Below, in pieces: positions 24,763-37,169 of a stretch of DNA of 64,000 nt (position 1 is the stretch's first letter; every line of letters starts with the position of its first letter). The stretch is taken from the NCBI RefSeq assembly GCF_004010195.1, contig NC_057719.1:70215728-70279727 (forward strand), in the 5' to 3' direction. This DNA is from Chiloscyllium plagiosum (Eukaryota). The translations under genes and the position numbers were made by a program. The notes beneath the pieces were generated by a model. The model was not told the origin of the DNA, did no database searches, and worked only from the letters and a program-made list of their open reading frames with translations.

Positions 24763-26599
24763 ATCCACAGTATTTTATCTTTACTAAAAAGTGACATAGC
24801 GTTTTTTTCATAAGTTTAAAAGTTTCCACAATCTAATATAATGATGTGAGCATAAAAATTAGGACAAGAGTAGGCCATTCAGCACAATATCTCCTTCATT
24901 CCACAAGTTCTTAGCTGATCTGATTGTGGCCTTAATTTCACTTCCATGCATGTCTACAATTCGTGATCAACTTATCAATCAAGTGACAATAAAGGCTGAG
25001 TTTGGGGAATTGAGCCAGTGGGGGAGAGGAGTGCAAAGGCAGTGGGAGAAGGATGGAAGTGTGGGAATTCAAATACTACCCTGGAGAAGCAGGATTTGCT
25101 TTGCTCAAAGTAGGATCCTGGGTGGTGATAGTGCAAAATAGAAGCCAGAAGGAGTCAATATGAGCCATTGCCACAGCTCTGAAGCTGAAAGTTTGCGCTG
25201 AGCTCCAGTGTTCTAAAGAATACACTTTGAAGTTCAACGCTGCAGCTAGGTCAAGCTAAAGTAAAATAAAAAAAGATGAAATTCTGACAAATGTAAGGAA
25301 TTAAAATATCAGCACTTGAAATACGTTTTAGTTTCTCTGGCTTGGATTACAACTTTTTCAATTTGATCTGTGCTATTTCGGATTTACACCTTTTGATTGA
25401 CAATATTGTGTTATATCGTTACAATGTTTTAAGGAGTAACTGTCAGAACTATGCATTTCAATTTTGATGTCTAAATTTTCTAATCACATCCTCCTCTTTC
25501 TACCAAACGACCATGAGAATTAACTTTGTCTAACCTCAAACTCTGATGTGTTGTACTGTGGGAGATGATAAGTTTGACAGAGAGCCATTATCTTTTACCC
25601 AGCAAATTGTATTCAGTTTTCAAATAGATGGCTTGCAATGGTTGAGAATGCTGCACTATTACCGTTGCAATGACAACAGTATAGATTAATGTTTCTTTGG
25701 CAATGTGAAGTCTTCAGGCTATAGATTTAATATGATGTTAAATGTCCCGAATCCCAGTCCATTAAATCAATTAATGTAAACTTGTGAGAACAGACGGTGA
25801 TTTTCCGATGCATGATGAAAATTCAATGTTGCCACTGAGCGAGGTTTTGAAAACCTTTCCGATAAGTACATCCTTAAATTTTAATGTTTCCAATTTTAGC
25901 TTCAGGTGATATTTTGAATATACAAAATTTACTTCACAAAATTCAACAATGTTCCGATTTCCATTTGATGGAGGAGATGGATGTACCGATAAGACAAAGG
26001 CACAAATATCCCCAGGGATTCTCCCTTTTGTGGTCCACAACTCCAGTGAGAGGTTAGTGAAAACCAGGAAAAACATTGTAAGTTCAATTGAATATGGTTC
26101 ACTCTATTTGTGATAGGATGGAATCAGTCACACTGATGTGACTGCACAGATTCAGGAGAAGAAGCAATTTTAGGTCATAAACTGGCAACACTGGGATATG
26201 TAGCATAAAGTGGATTAGATAAGCAGTCGTAGAGGAGGTTTGTTTGTAACTTAAACAGTTCAAGGTTTTGAGCTAGAGTCTGAACTGCAGATGCTGTGGT
26301 ACATTAGGATGGAGGAGACACTTAGATGCTTTGTACCAGGAAGCAGTCAGGATAGGGCTTTCTTTTTGGTCAGTGTTTAGGGACAAGAGAGCATGACTGC
26401 AAGTGAGCCTCGGCCTTTGCATTTGTCCATTAGGGTTGAAGTTTTTTTCAGCTTTTTTGGATGAGAGTGAGGGCTGCAGGTACAAAGCACAAATCTACAA
26501 GCAGGTACAGTTAGACGTCGCAAAAATAATGTAAGGACAAAACTGCAAATTGGAGAAGCTACCTGACCATGGAGGCCTGATACAGACAGCCTAATGTAA

Positions 26600-27360
26600 G
26601 ACCATAAGACATGGGAGAAGAAATTAGGCCATTCAGCCCATTGAGTCAGCTCCGCCATTCAATCATGGCTGAAAAGCTTTTCAACCCCATTCTCTCACTT
26701 TCTCCCTGTAGCCCTTGATCCCCTTGACACTCACGAATCTATCAATTTCAGTTTTAAATATACTCAATGCCTCTTCTTTGGCAATGAATTCCATAGATTC
26801 ACTACCATCTGAAGAAGTTTCGCCTTATCTCTGTTCTAAAAAGTCTTCCCTTTACTCTAAGGCAATACTCTCGGGTCCTAGTCTCTCCTACCAATGGAAG
26901 AGCACAGGTCCAGGAGGTTGAGTTGTATGCCCAGTACCAGGGTTTGGGACAACTCCTCAGGACTAGAAAGGAACTTAGAGCAGAAGGGGGAAGAGCTAGT
27001 CATTGCAGATACCAAATGAACAAGTACGATAAAAATAGAGGTTCTGGATAATCAGTAGGAGGAGCTGGACATCAAATTGCAAAACAGAACTTCAAAGATA
27101 ATATTCCCTGGATTATTACCTGAACCAATGAAAATCTGGAATTAAGAATGTAATGATGACGATGGGACCATGGTTAATTGTTTGGGGAAAATCTATCAGG
27201 TTCTTTAGGGAAGGTAACTGCTATCCTTACTTGGTACAGCCTACTTGTGACTCCAAACCCACAACAATGTGGCTGACACTTAACTGTCCTCTGGACAATT
27301 AGGGATGGGCAATAAATGCTGCCTAACCAGTGACACCCTCATCCCATGAATGAATAAAAA
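26600..27360. mobile_element. Cluster of old CR1-type fragments (minus-strand 3' end, ORF1 esterase-like piece, 3' tail)
   Basis: 26600-26900 resembles 11760-12060; ~27090-27130 gives KIIFPGLLPEP (CR1 ORF1 SGNH-like); the tail AATTAGGGATGGGCAATAAATGCT recurs near 52690. Confidence 0.6.
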
Positions 27361-27879
27361 GAATATGAGAAAGGTTTAAGTTATTACAATACTTTGCCTG
27401 AATCCTTTGGGTAAGTAAACTTGTACCAATTAAATTATTTTTCTTTTCATTTGCTTACATCTCTAGCAACAGAAAAAATATTACTCCTCCTTTAGGATTT
27501 ATGTTTACCAATTATTGTAATCCCCACATTGGTTGTTGAACTTATGAGATGCATGATTTCAAAAAATGTTATCTCCATTTCTTTACATCATCTATTTAAC
27601 TTCCTACAGTCTTCCTATCACTTGCATTTTTAAAAAGATTATTTGAGCACTTAAAATAAAGGTTCATGCTTTTTATCTTGATTTTTTTTAAAGTTTAACT
27701 CTTTTATCTATACCTCACTTATTATTTCTGTCTTCTTTCACACTTACTTGAAATAATTTAACTGTTGTTTAGCAATACTATGTAATTTGATCATCACTTT
27801 TTCACTTTTATAACTGTGCAGGCAATTTGCCATCATAATTGTATTTCATACTCTAAACAGCTGACAGCAATCTTTGGTA

Positions 27880-30540
27880 GTCAGTACATGAACACAGAAT
27901 GCTTTCATCTGCCTCCTGCAGTTCACTTCAATAATTTTGGACCTTTTAAAAATAGTATGTTTTCTCTTATAGCTTAAATGGTAAAATTATCATCAAAAGA
28001 GCTGCTCACAACAACACGTCTACAAAACACATCTGCTTCCCTAGCATTGATGTCATATCCAGATACAGTAATAACTCAGTAACCAGAGTAAAATTTTTTG
28101 CAGACACTTTTGAACAGATAATAGCAGCTTGAGGAAAATACTTTGAAGTGATTTGTGATTGGACACGATTGTCAATTTGTTCTTTCCAAGTAGACATTGT
28201 TGAAAATTTCATAAGCAGAGACAATGGCTGGGCACTCTTTCTCAATTTGGGCATGCTGTCTTTCTGTTGGTGTTAATGCCCTGACTGTGAAGCAATCAAT
28301 TGATCTTGCTGAAATAAGTTTGCTCTGAATCCTGATGCAGTGGTGTCATGCTACAGGACGACTTCTTCATTTATACTGTATATTTCAGCACTGGAGTTAC
28401 CATCACCAGTTGTTTGATTTTAGTGAATGCTGCTTCTTGTTCTATGCCGCACTACCATTACACAGCCTTGGCCATGAGTTGACATAATTGTTCGCACTCC
28501 AATGACAAAATGGGCAAGAGTTTTGCTACATAGTTGATGAGTCCAACAAATCGTTGCATCATTATCACATCTGTTTGATTACTGCCTCACTGCTACCTTT
28601 CCAGACTCCAGGCGAAGACTTTTGCTTTCAGTAAGTAGATTTTGTACTTGACGTTTGGGCTTTTAAAATTGTATTTTATTTCTTGTTCAACTTCTGGTTC
28701 ACTTGGCAAGCTTTTTTGAGCAGTCACACTAGATTTTGATGTGGGTATCAGTAGCTTTTTCAACTGTGTCTACGCATCCATAAACTAGCAGGTGGTCCAT
28801 TGTAGCTTCCACTCCAGGAATATCACTAACAAGCTCATGTTGTCTTCTGGAGCAGAGGAAATGTCAGCCAGCATGCATGATCATCTGTATCTCCCAAAAG
28901 GTATCCAGAATGTAGTTAGAAAACTGTTGCTTTCATCTCGCTTCTTTGCCAGTGGCGATCATTCACATCATTGGTGAAGATTTTTCGCCTTTGCTAATTG
29001 GCAAAAATCCTTCAATGTTTGACATACAGTTGTGAGATCTTTTCACAAGGATCTTTGTTTTGATCCTTTGGGTCAATACATACTCTTAGATTTCCAGGAT
29101 GTTACACTGCTACCGTGCGTCTAATCCATTCTGGAGGACTTTTCAATTTCTTGATGACTCCTTTCTATTTTTGCTCTCTCAGGCTGGCCTTGAGAGCAGC
29201 TGGAACTTTTCTCACTTGATGAGGAATTGTTTTTGAATTTTCATCAACTTTGAGATGATATTTTCCTTCCTAACCCTTTGAAGATATCTTTGTACCCAAG
29301 TAGGATCTGTCCTATGGTCAATGGTAGAGTGTGTAGCAATACGCTGTACATCATTTTGGCATATTGAAGGTTATAACATTATACTTGCTCTGGCTGAGAA
29401 AAGTGGCATTTGTTGGCCACCTATGACCTTGTACTGCAGGACCTCTTTCACGTTATTGCAGTGGGTTCACAGAGCAATCTGTCCTCTTGGCATGTGTATG
29501 GAGACCTATATAGACTTATAGCCTGACTTTTAAGGGCTTCATTTATAGATTGCAATGTTGAATCACTTTGCACAGGTTAGTGAAGATCATGGTTGAGGGC
29601 GTGTTGCTGGTCAAGCACAGCAGGTCAGGCAGCATCCAAGGAGCAGGAGAAACAACATTTTGGGCATAAGTCCTTCATCAGCCTTCATTTCCTCCTTAGT
29701 AAAGATCAAGACCTTGTATCTATCAGTGTCTATCTGACATTTTATGTTGGCCTGGTATTCTTTGTCTGCAGTCCTCATTCCAATAGTTATAAACCATATA
29801 TTTATGATCAATTTGACGAAATCAGCCTGCTTGAACGGTGTAAGATTCATCAGAATCTTCCATCATTATTCCTGCGGTGATTATCTGCACCTTCTTATTG
29901 TGTTTCTTTTTAGCCAAATGCTGAATAATGCTTATGTGAAATGACTCAACATTGTGAAGTGAGAACACTGGTTTCCCTACAATGGACATGTTGCCTTCTC
30001 TTTTGCATGATTTCTTCCATTGCAGTTGCATGCTGCCTTTTGTCTCTGATTGTTTTGACCTGTGTTCCCAGAGTATCTGCCAGCATAATGCAAGATTTGG
30101 TCTGTTCTGCCACAAACGTACTCAATCTGTTAATTTGCAACCTTGGCACTTCTGCACGTCGATTGCTCTCTTGAGTATAAGTTTGTCTTTTCTCAATAGG
30201 GGTGCTTTCACTGCTGATCTCTTATGTCTGACACAACCCTGTCTCTAACTAGCTTATCCTTTAATTGTGCAAATTCAAAGGTTTCTGTAAGCTGAGTTAA
30301 TGATACATATTGATCAATGACTCTTTTTCATTTTATTCCCTAATATTGAATACGCACTATTTATCTGCAATATTCACTTTAGTTCAGTGTTCCTTCAAAG
30401 CTTGTAAAATGTTTGGGCTTTTTGCTCTTCAGAGAGATTTAGCGTGAAATGTATTTTGAAACTGCATTTTCTTCAACAGTGATAAAAGTGCAGTGACACA
30501 TATTTGTTCTAGTTTGCTCAACAAATCCATTGCCATTGCA
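27880..30540 (-). mobile_element. Degenerate Gypsy/Ty3 LTR retrotransposon internal region (gag-PR-RT)
   Basis: Gag-like FEFAQLKDKLVRDRVVS..LLRKDKLILKRAID (~30160-30290); decayed Zn knuckle CNCNGRNH....CP..GNQC (~29945-30035); RT ESNSFLTTFWIPFGRYR*..ISSAPE (~28845-28935), LLVYGC (~28775), MQRFVGLINYVAKLLP (~28512-28560). Confidence 0.85.
29591..29682 (-). mobile_element. Tail-less PLE terminal-repeat fragment with decayed HHR, inserted in the Gypsy element
   Basis: Minus strand CTGATGAAGGACTTATGCCCAAAATG...; similar to 54876-54955. Confidence 0.8.
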
Positions 30541-30572
30541 TAATTCTACCATTATTCATGGAAGAGTTTTTT

Positions 30573-30886
30573 TAGATTAGATTTCCTACAGTGTGGAAAC
30601 AGGGTCTTCGGCCCAATAAGTCCACACCCACCCTCCGAAGAGTAACCCACCAGACCCATTTCCCTCTGACTAATGCACCTAACACTATGGGCAATTTAGC
30701 ATGGTCAATTCACCTGGCCTGCACATCTTTGGACTGTGGGAGGAAACTGGAGCACCCTGAGGAAACCCACGCAGATACAGGGATAACATGCAAGCTCCAC
30801 ACAGACAGTTCCCTGAAGCTGGAATCAAACCTGGGACCCTGGTGCTCTGAGGCAGCAGTGCTAACCACTGAGCCACCGTGCTGCCC
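30573..30886 (-). mobile_element. HE1-type SINE, full length
   Basis: GGGCAGCACGGTGGCTCAGTGGTTAGCACTGCTGCCTC head, B box GGTTTGATTCC, V domain, tail ending AATCTAATCTA. Confidence 0.92.
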
Positions 30887-30931
30887 TTCCCAGTTTTATT
30901 TCATATCTTCAGTTATATTAATAGGAGCTGA

Positions 30932-31160
30932 TATAGAATGATGGAATCACTACAGTGTGGAAGCAGGCCATTCAGCCAATCGAGTCCACACTGACCTTCC
31001 AAAGAGCATCCCATCCAGACCACCCTCCCAACTTTATCCCTGTAACCATGTACATCCCATGGCTAATCCACATATACTGCACACCCCTGAGTACTATGGG
31101 GAATTTAGCATAGCCAGTCAACCTAACCTGCACCTTTTTGGATATGGGAAAAAACTGCAG
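30932..31160 (-). mobile_element. 5'-truncated HE1-related SINE
   Basis: AAAGGTGCAGGTTAGGTTGACTGGCTATGCTAAATTCCCCATAGT and CR1-like tail; no head. Confidence 0.75.
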
Positions 31161-32691
31161 CCATTTTCTCTTAAGCAGATTTTTCCCTCTGACCTTCATG
31201 TTTTCTTTATCTGTGGCAGCTCACAGCTTTGTAGCTCTGGACACTCACTATTTCTGGTATTAAGTGCAGAACCTAACAATGTGTTCAATGCAAGGACTTT
31301 ATTGAAGTGAAGCTTAAGATGTCTATCTAAAGGGTGTGTGCCTCATGGTAGAGATCACATGACTACAGCAAATCAGGATAGACATTTATGCATGATTGTA
31401 TTTCAAACCAAACAGAAAGAAAAGTTCAGAACCACTAGAGGAGAATGGTCAATATGAATAACCTTGTGTACTGTTCTTGGTGTAGGAGGAAACATAATTA
31501 CCAAATCACGATTGGCAATAAGCAAGCCATCAGCCACAGCTTCCCACATGGAATGCTAGGCTATTTAATGGATGCATTGGAGGACTCGACCACCAACTGA
31601 AGCTCATGTCTTTGGCCTGTGTTACCTCTCTTAGGGAAAGCTCACTGCATTTAAATCCAAACAGGCACTTAACTGGTCAACAGCTGGCTTTCACCATAAT
31701 CAAGGACCCTGGGGGTGGAAATCTCATCTGGCGTTTTCAGGTTAGAGATAACTTCTCAATGTTAAATTATTTTTTAAATAAAGAATTGATTCAAACTTGA
31801 ATCTTATACAGTGGAAAGTTTTTGTTTCATTATTTTCTTAAAATTTTAATGTGAAAAGAAATAACTGAAGCAGAGTACAGTTAGACACCTTCAAATTTAA
31901 ATATCCATCGGGCATTATCCTGGCACCACATTGAGTTTTGTACTGTTAGAAGTTAAGCATCTAAGATCTGCGTATTCACATAAAATGAATACGCCTATAC
32001 CCCTTGTTCTCCTCTATCGACACCCATTTGTCACATGGCCTTATACGGTGCTTTCCTTTCAGTAATGTTTCTTCATGCCACAACTTTTCACAAACTCAGT
32101 CAGGTAATAGGTTTTTATTTCAAACCGTTTTTTGTTGTTGCATTTTTTTTTATCTTAGCAAGTAATAGTGTGCTTCACGAACTTTAATTTTTCCCAGTGA
32201 CCCTATTTGGAGGATTGGTGGTGTTTGGTACCCCAGGTCAGAGCAAACAGGGTAGGGGGCCCAGAATGGGGGGGGGAATGTTGATCAGTTTGTTAGCAGG
32301 TTTTGCTGTCATGTCCCTCACACACTCTCTCTTTCTCACCCTATCACATGTACTGTCTTACTCAGTTTCATTGCTTACTCAATCTCTACATTACACATCT
32401 ACACACTTGCAGGGGAAATGAGCCATTTGCAGATTACTGCATTAAACTCATTGGATAGAGCAAGTTCTCCAACAGAACCCACCAGGATACTCGGTCGCAA
32501 AGAAAGAAAGGAGACACTTCAATGATTTTAGTGCATCCCAATGGGCTAATGATTGCAATTACTCAGAATAACAGCAATCATTGGCTGATTAGCCTGTCAA
32601 TGGGGATGGTCTGCATCAGATTAGCTTCTGAGTACTTGGCCACTCAGCATCAGCCATAGTGCCGAGCACCTGTCCAACGGCTGTTTTGGGT

Positions 32692-35600
32692 TAGAACATA
32701 GAAGAATACAGCGCAGTACAGGCCCTTTGGCCCTCGATGTTGCGCCGATCCAAGCCCACCTAACCTATACTAACCCACTATCCTCCATATACCTATCCAA
32801 TGCCCGCTTAAATGCCCATAAAGAGGGAGAGTCCACCACTGCTGCTGGCAGGGCATTCCATGAACTTACGACTCGCTGAGTGAAGAACCTACCCCTAACT
32901 TCAGTCCTATATCTACCCCCCCTTAATTTAAAGCTATGCCCCCTTGTAATACCCGACTCCATACGCGGGAAAAGGTTCACACTGTCAACCCTATCTAACC
33001 CCCTAATCATCTTGTACACCTCAATCAAGTCACCCCTAAACCTTCTTTTCTCTAATGAAAACAGCCCCAAGTGTCTCAGTCTTTCCTCATACGATCTTCC
33101 TTCCATACCAGGCAACATCCTGGTAAACCTCCTCTGCACCCGTTCCAGTGCCTCCACATCCTTCCTATAGTATGGCGACCAAAACTGCACACAATATTCC
33201 AGATGCAGCCGCACCAGAGTCTTATACAACTGCATCATGACCTCAGGACTCCGGAACTCAATTCCTCTACCAATAAAAGCCAGTACGCCATATGCCTTCC
33301 TCACCGCACTATTTACCTGGGTGGCAACTTTCAGAGATCTGTGTACATGGACACCAAGATCCCTCTGCTCATCCACACTACCAAGTATCCGACCATTAGC
33401 CCAGTACCCCATCTTTTTGTTATTCTTCCCAAAGTGAATCACCTCACACTTAGCTACATTGAATTCCATTTGCCACCTTTCTGCCCAGCTCTGCAGCTTC
33501 TCTATATCCTGCTGTAACCTGCCACATCATTCCTCACTGTCAACAACTCCTCCGACTTTCGTATCATCCACAAACTTGCTCACCCAACCTTCTAACCCCT
33601 CTTCCAGGTCATTTATAAAAATGACAAACAGCAATGGTCCCAAAACAGATCCTTGCGGAACACCGCTAGTGACGGCACTCCATGAAGAAACTTTGCCATC
33701 AACTACTACCCTCTGTCTTCTTCCATCCAGCCAATTCCTAATCCAAACCTCCAACTCACCCTCAATGCCATATCTCCGTATTTTCTGCAGTAGCCTACCA
33801 TGGGGAACCTTATCAAACGCCTTACTAAAATCCATATATACCACATCTACCGCTATCCCCTCATCAACCTCCTTCGTCACCTTTTCAAAGAATTCAATAA
33901 GGTTTGTGAGGCACGACCTGCCCTTCACAAAACCATGCTGACTATCCTTGATCACATTACTCCTATCTAGATGTGCATAAATCCTATCCCTTACAATTCT
34001 CTCTAAGACTTTGCCCACAACAGAAGTGAGACTCACCGGCCTATAGTTACTAGGGTTATCCCGACTCCCCTTTTTGAACAAGGGAACCACATCTGCTATC
34101 CTCCAGTCTTCTGGCACTACTCCTGTAGACAAAGAGGACATAAAAATCAAGGCCAATGGCTCTGCAATCTCCTCCCTTGCTTCCCAGAGAATCCTAGGAT
34201 AAATGCCATCAGGCCCAGGGGACTTATCTATTTTCACCTTTTCCAGGATCTCCAACACCTCTTCTCTACATACCCCAAAGCCATCCATTCGACTTATTTG
34301 TGACTCAGTATTCACATCGACGACAATGCCCAGTTCCTGAGTAAATACTGAAGAAAAGTATTCATTCAGTGTCTCCCCAATCTCTTCCGCCTCCACACGC
34401 AACTTCCCACTACTATCCTTGACTGGACCTATTCCTACCCTAGTCATTCTTTTATTCCAAACATACCTATAGAAAGCCTTAGGGTTTTCCCTAATCCTAC
34501 CGACTAAGGACCTTTCATGTCCCCTCCTTGCTGCTCTTAGCTCTCTCTTCAGGTCCTTCCTGGCTACCCTATAACTCTCAATCGCCCCAATTGAACCTTC
34601 ACGCCTCATCTTTACATAGGCCGCCCTCTTCCATTTAACAAGGGATTCCAATTCCTTATTAAACCACGGCTCCCTCGCACGACCCTTTCCTACCTCCCTG
34701 ACAGGTACATAATTATCAAGGACACTCAATAGCTGCTCCTTGAACAAGCTCCACATATCAGTTACGCCCTTGTCTTGAAGCTTACTTTTCCAAGCCACAC
34801 ATCCTAAGTCATGCCTCACAGCATCATAATTTCCCTGCCCCCAGCTATAACTCTTGCCCTGCAGTACACACTTACTCAATCGCCCCAATTGAACCTTCAC
34901 GTCTCATCTTGAGATAGGCCGCCCTCTTCCATTTAACAAGGGATTCCAATTCCTTATTAAACCACGGCTCCCTCGCACGACCCTTTCCTCCCTGCCTGAC
35001 AGGTAATTAATTATCAAGGACACTCAATAGTTGCTCCTTGAACAAGCTCCACATATCATTTACACTCTTGCCTTGGAGTCTACTTTTCCAAGCCACACAT
35101 CCTAAGTCATGCCTCACCGCATCATAATTTCCCTGACCCCAGCTATAACTCTTGCCTTGTAGTACACACTTATCCCTCTCCATCACGGGTGTAAAAATCA
35201 CCGAATTATGGTCACTATCCCCAAAGTGCTCACCTACCTTTAATTCTAACACCTGGCCTGGTTCGTTACCCAGAACCAAATCCAGTATGGCCTCACCTCT
35301 TGTTGGCCTGTCTACATATTGTGTCAGGAAACTCTCCTGCACACATTGAACAAACACTGTCCCATCTAACGAACTTGAGCTATAGCTTTCCCAATCAATA
35401 TCAGGAAAGTTAAAGTCCCCCATAACAACCACCCTATTACTGTCACTCATCTCCTGAATCACCTTCCCTATCCTTTCTTCTACGTTTCTAGGACTATTGG
35501 GAGGCCTGTAAAAGACTCCTTACAGGGTGACCTCACCTTTCCTATTCCTAACCTCAGCCCAAACTACCTCGGATGGCAAGTCCTCATCCATCGTCCTTTC

Positions 35601-35811
35601 CACCACTGTAATACTATCTTTGACAAGCAATGCCACACCTCCCCCTCTTTTACCCCCACCTCTGACCCTACTAAAACATTTAAATCCAGGAACCTGCAAC
35701 AGCCAATCCTGTCCCTGTTCTAGCCATGTCTCCGTAATAGCCACAACATCGAAGTCCCAGGTACCAACCCACGCTGCAAGTTCACCTATCTTATTTCGTA
35801 TACTTCTTGCG
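32692..35811 (-). mobile_element. Young CR1 LINE, nearly complete ORF2 (APE endonuclease + RT), inactivated
   Basis: EN motifs ARSIRNK, VAITETW, YRPP, MGDFN, ILDLVL, SDHN; RT motifs [49 protein letters not shown]; in-frame stops at ~35520, ~35007 and ~33527 plus a frameshifting duplication. Confidence 0.97.
34577..35172. repeat. 298-bp tandem duplication within CR1 ORF2
   Basis: 34577-34874 and 34875-35172 are colinear with about 19 substitutions by eye. Confidence 0.93.
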
Positions 35812-37169
35812 AGTTCTGTTGCACTCCACAGCCAGCATTAAAGGTTTGGCAGTCAAGACCCTCAAATTCCATCAGCTATCTCCAGTTTGAGAAGCCTGAG
35901 ATAGGACATTCCAAATCTTAACCACTTGTGCACAAAGAAAATTATCTGCATTGCCTGCTGACTACCCTAAATCTATGTCCCTGCTGATAAATCCATCAGC
36001 CATTAGAAAACCTTTCTCATTAACTCCATTATTATAAACCATTAATGATTTTTGACCAGTGGAAGGACTGTTTCTATGCAGTATGACTGTATGACTCTAC
36101 GATTCTATGAATCTTACAGGAATCTGATCTGAGTGGCTTGGGTGTTGGCAAGATTTGTGGCAGAATCAGGCAAGATGTATACCACAGCATCTCACTCCAT
36201 CTTTTATGCCTTTGCGAAGCGACAAAGTGAGTTTCTTGCCACTCAGTCACAAGTTGCTAACTAAGGGGGAAATTGTTACTGTTAAATGCCTTATTAATAC
36301 CACCACTCACTTTGTTAACATGCAGTTTCCTATCTTACCAAACAAGCCAGACATTGAGAAAGCTCAACAAGGAAATCTGAGTGGATACTTGACAAATTCA
36401 GCTTGCTGTTTGCTCCAAAGGACACTTTGCTTGCAGGAGAAGGATTGGACCAGGCTGCATCTCATGGTTCCTCGCCTGCTTTTTAAGAGCTTGCTCACTC
36501 AGTGCCTACCTGCATGCTCGCACCATTCTTACTGTGACTTTATGCATGTTGATAGTTCAGGCACACCCAAAGGCTTTCAATACTGCCGCATTGCTGTGCT
36601 CTTCAGTGCAGTCACACAGATAAGTTATGTATCATTCTTGTTCATAGATATCTGTTTGAGACTAGGGAGGTCATCTTGATGTAGAGGACATTGAGACATC
36701 AATGTAGTGTACACAGCATGTGCTGGCAAATGAACTGCAGGTTTATTTCAACTAAATGGTCATGTTGGAAATTAGTGTTGGATAGTCTTCAGTTCAGTCA
36801 GGGTAGGGTGCTGTCTGCCAGGGGGTCTCGGCACGTGACTCGTGGGAACAGTCGACACAGTCCAGAGGCTCAACCATTATCAAGCATCCATCTGAGTTCT
36901 GTCTGGTGAGTATTCATTGGTTTGTCCTATAGGGCCAACGCAAGCAGTCAGGGCAATTGCTTACCATCAGCCAGGGAGCTGCAAGCATAGCAGTCGAGGG
37001 TCTGCTCAGCCATGTCTAAGGGCTGCTTGCTGAAGTCAATCAGAGAGGGAATACAGCCCACTGGGTGATGTTCGTTCAGGAGAAGGAGGACTTGTGGTGG
37101 CAGTGGAAGGATTACTAGAGAGGTCGAGGTTATGGAGAGGAGATGGAAAGAGGCATTTGCAGGATAAGT

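Noticed and set aside
31970..31996. 9-bp hairpin GCGTATTCA/TGAATACGC
   Set aside because: Isolated; plausible by chance in 64 kb.
33527..34900. 457-aa ORF as an active or domesticated gene
   Set aside because: Fragment of CR1 ORF2 bounded by a frameshifting duplication and a nonsense codon.
36155..36679. 174-aa ORF
   Set aside because: Non-ATG start, no recognisable motif, lies in probable old repeat sequence.
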